A DNA stretch of 64,000 nt. Source: Amoebidium appalachense (Eukaryota; Protista; Ichthyosporea). The DNA lies in NCBI GenBank assembly GCA_963693365.1, contig CAVNZM010000003.1, positions 13,483,252-13,547,251 of the forward strand. Reading direction: 5' to 3'. Shown here one piece after another: positions 60,527 to 64,000 of the stretch. A program made the position numbers and the translations under genes. The notes beneath the pieces are model-generated. The model was not told the DNA's origin and did no database searches. It saw only the letters and a program-made list of their open reading frames with translations. The stretch's first letter is position 1. The number at the start of each line of letters is the position of its first letter.

Positions 60527-62224
60527 AGGAGGGAGGTGGGGGGGTGGGGGGACGGGGAGGCTCTGATGCCTGTGTCCATAGCGCGAAAACCCGCTAACGC
60601 TCGGGGAGGCCTTTTCTGCATTCCGATCTCCTGCCTAATCCGTCAATCCGCTCAAGCCGCTAACGTAGAGGAGGGTAACAGAAATCGATTTTTACGCCTG
60701 CCTGCCCGGGCTAGACATGCTCAGTCAAACCAATCATATTCCGCAATCTCAAAAAGGTGCAAAAAAAGCAAGCACGAAGGTATTCATGTGAGCCTCGCCG
60801 TGTTCAAGTTATTTATACAGTGCCTGGTAAGGAGATTTGGTTCCACCTCTGAGTGATTAACTATAGTTTTTAATAGAGGATATTCAGTTATTTCATTTAT
60901 TCGAGGCAAGGATGCACCTGGCTAAGCTAAGAATCGTTAGCTAGCTCAGTATGATCATATACTAGTACTATGTAATACATCGACCGCCGCTGGCCGGAGT
61001 AAATGATAGCCAAGGTGCAGCGGCGCCGTGAGCCGCCGGCCCTACATGCTCAGACAGTGATCATCCAGCGGCGGCGTCACTGGCTAAAGTGGCCGGTCGT
61101 AGCGGAGGGGCCAAGTTGCATCCTTCATCATCGGGCCCATCTCATTCTCTCCTCCGGTGTCCAGTGTTGTAATAAAGTATTTTTGCACTACTCCTTGCTG
61201 TTGTTTAATTGGTGTATATGTACCGTATGATAAGAAAAAACAAACCTCCTCTATATAACTATAATTGGCAACATAAACAACAGAGGGACACCAATGGGTC
61301 GGGCCCGTGCGGCCGTGCCTGCATACTCCAAATATGGGCAGTGTAAACAAACACTGGCCCTACCCGGTAGAAAGCAGTCCTATGGCGCAGCTGGCCACTC
61401 TGTTCATCAGTTACGCCTGAGTAGGGAAGCCTGCGTTTTGGTGTCCCTAACGAAACACATGAGTAAAGCAGATGGCCTCCACACAGACACATTACTAGCC
61501 ATGGGTAGCATGGGCTTGGTTTTGGCTGCTCTTCGGAGTGCCCTTTTAGTCCCCAGCATGAGCATAGTAGGGGCACTATGCCATGCATTACTTCTTTCCA
61601 CACTTGTTGCATGCACATTTCTGATATGTACGTTACTCTTCCTCTTCATTGCAGGAGCAAGAAAATACAAATACCACAACACATACACAAATCCTCCAAC
61701 TCAAATCCAAAAACGGAAATGGCGTTCTCGCCGGACTGCACGTTTCAACATGCACAGGGCCTGGCGTGGCTGTCTAGATAGCCACGTAGCATCTAAGCGC
61801 CCAAAACGTTCACAAACAAAACAAACGCTCATCGCTGCTGTAGTAGTATGTGTTATGCTAGGGTGTGGGGCAATGTTTTTACCCCTTCTCAGCCAGCCAC
61901 AATTTCCCTCTATGGGACCCGATCCCCTGTGGCTGTTATATTCACCAAGTCTTCGAAAACAACTCGAGCTCCCTTCTCAAACACACAAATCGAAGCAAGT
62001 TTTGGCGTGCCGTTGTCATGTGCTGAGCTGATTCGTATTAGTTTGCTTCTATATTTTGTGTTTTGGTGAGTGAATTTCGGGGGTTTTCTTGCATAGTGAT
62101 GCCGGGGTCTAAGTGGAGTATGAGGAGATTATTCAGTGGTATGGGGAGAATCTGATGCAGCGGCGGCTGATTGTTTGGTGCGCGCGTGCATGCCCCATGC
62201 CTCTGCGTACTCTCCATGTTAAAT

Positions 62225-62419
62225 GGGGTTTACGCTGTTTACTCGAGGCAAAGAGAACCAGTCTCAGGTATGGGGGGGGGGGTTTTGCTCGGAATATCCC
62301 CTCAGCGGTATATCATGATCACGTACATAGATGTCGGGTGGTGACTATATATCAGGGTTTACTTTCTCTACGAGACACCATAAAGACTACAAGGAGAAAT
62401 CAATTAGTTGGGGTTCCCC

Positions 62420-62454
<35 letters not shown>
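62225..62454 (-). mobile_element. Isolated LINE tail (A-tract + 196-bp unit)
   Basis: Matches 43393-43600 and 26580-26789. Confidence 0.88.
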
Positions 62455-62457
<3 letters not shown>

Positions 62458-62616
62458 TCTTGCTGTGTGCTTGGCGAGACCCATGTTGCCTGCTCGCGTG
62501 TGTGTATGCTTATATGTATTGTGAGTAAACGTGTGTACGTGTTGTAGTGCTGTAGGGGTGTCTGAGGTGGCGGTAGCCAATGGTGTGGAGTGCGTGTAGT
62601 CTGTGGGGGGAGGGAG

Positions 62617-63352
62617 TGTTGTGACATATACTAATCCGTCTCAGCAGATCAGCCTAAGTCTACGATCGAGATCGGGGGGGGGGGGGGGGGGGGGGGAGAG
62701 GGGGTGGCCCGGGTCCACAGATCATCAAGATCAAGTCCGGGGCCTCAAGATAGCTGTACAGCTGCGTGCATCTTGCCTCTGCCGGAGCAGGGCAGGACCA
62801 CGTCAGCTGGAGCAGCCAACCAATAGAATTCTAATTAGTGTGTAGGATAGATCATAGGAGGACTTTGGAATGTGATAAGTTCGGGCAGAAGCCCTTTGTA
62901 AATATTGGCAAGTTTTGATAGTATATGCTGCCAAACGTATTTATATATATTTCGATGTAGAGGAAAGAGGGGGGGGGGGGAGGGGGGGGGGGGGAGATAG
63001 TATGAAATGTAGAATTAGACTCTGCGGTGCCACAAGGGGAAGGGAGAGGGGTGAGACTTGGATAAATATATTAGTGTGAGCCGATCGACTTAGCTCGTCC
63101 AGGCGCACGATAGAGTTAGATCGGAATGTATGGAATGTGGCATCGTAGGGGGACCAGGTGATGATGATCTTGTAGGGCACGGCCTTGATGGCCTCAGTTG
63201 TGACTTAGCCTCATTCCGTTTGGACCTAAGTTTGCCCGTCGGAGTATGGTCTTAATAAACTTTACCGTTTTTCAGTACACGTTCGTTCCTTTCCGTGTGT
63301 GTACACTTAGTAGAGTGCCGCGTCTCTTAATACATACACGTTAGGATACGAC
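62617..63352 (+). mobile_element. Gypsy-type LTR preceded by a PPT
   Basis: GGGGGGAGGGAG|TGTTGTGAC…TACGACA; same family as 14589-15311. Confidence 0.85.
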
Positions 63353-63516
63353 AAGCTACACCTTTTCTTTTAGTGCGGTTTTTCGCGCTAGGTAAACGCG
63401 GTGACAGTTCCTCTGTTGCTACACCTCAGAAACACAACAAAAAAAAAAAAAACAAAAAAAAAAAAAAAAAAAAAAAAACACAAACACAACCACACGGGTA
63501 GGGCACACACAACACC

Positions 63517-64000
63517 ATGGCTAAGTTCAACGTAGATATGTTCTACGTGTTGGCAGCGGAGGATAGCTCCCTGCATACACAGATACCACAGGTCCACACA
63601 CTAGACGTCAGACAAACCACAGCTTTCAGCTTCATACTCAAACACGACTCAGAAATACCACGGTGGCTTAGGACACTCATAGCAAACACACCCACACTAG
63701 TGTTAGACGCTAAGAAGGCCCCTACTGTGGCGGCCTCGTGCCTAATGATTAAGCAGTGCATCGACCACAAAACGATGGCCGACTTATGCACCCTCATCGA
63801 GGAGCACCCGTACAGGGCCGAACAGGCCCCCCAGGTGACGGCTCGTATCTACGAGCAGCAGTACGACGAGGGGAGAGACGAGATGGTGTCCCGGACGCTC
63901 GGCCAGAAACGTCTGGCCGCACGATTCATCCCCGACGACGAGGACGAGAACAGCACCGACGACGTGGACGGTGAGCTCGAGGCCTTCACAAGGCCCGAGA
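63517..64000 (+). CDS. Unknown protein, open to the window end (MAKFNVDMFYVLAAEDSS…)
   Basis: ACACCATGG start context and 161 codons without a stop; missing from the ORF track because it has no stop in the window. Confidence 0.6.
   Translation, partial: MAKFNVDMFYVLAAEDSSLHTQIPQVHTLDVRQTTAFSFILKHDSEIPRWLRTLIANTPTLVLDAKKAPTVAASCLMIKQCIDHKTMADLCTLIEEHPYRAEQAPQVTARIYEQQYDEGRDEMVSRTLGQKRLAARFIPDDEDENSTDDVDGELEAFTRPE

Noticed and set aside
61294-62031. 245-aa hydrophobic ORF as an env-like gene upstream of the PPT/LTR
   Set aside because: No signal peptide, furin site or Cys pattern recognised; the composition is compatible with a chance ORF.

Overview
Eukaryotic, transposon-saturated window with no recognisable host housekeeping gene; poly-C/G tracts and CA microsatellites are common, and the taxon cannot be fixed from sequence. 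It is a nest of insertions. (1) A RAG1/Transib-like (CMC-group) DDE transposase gene of about 985 aa lies on the minus strand. It only becomes visible after removing two Ngaro insertions and one intron (pieces 22715-21392, 20821-20567, 19796-18488, 3267-3203). (2) There are three Ngaro-type tyrosine-recombinase retrotransposons plus a solo A-B unit; their ATG-less RT and YR frames look spliced from one donor in gag. (3) A full-length Copia sits inside the first Ngaro YR gene. (4) A 4.2-kb inverted duplication spans 14302-25020. (5) A chromodomain Gypsy remnant is present. (6) A second Copia is split by a 24-kb TIR element (CATCAGC ends, 2-bp TSD) that carries a 183-bp satellite, a LINE and two Ngaros. 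(7) The LINE family has a conserved ~196-bp tail after its A-tract. (8) Compact intronless, virus-like ORFs lie at the left edge and an unlisted open ORF at the right edge. All calls come from manual reading; no database searches were run.
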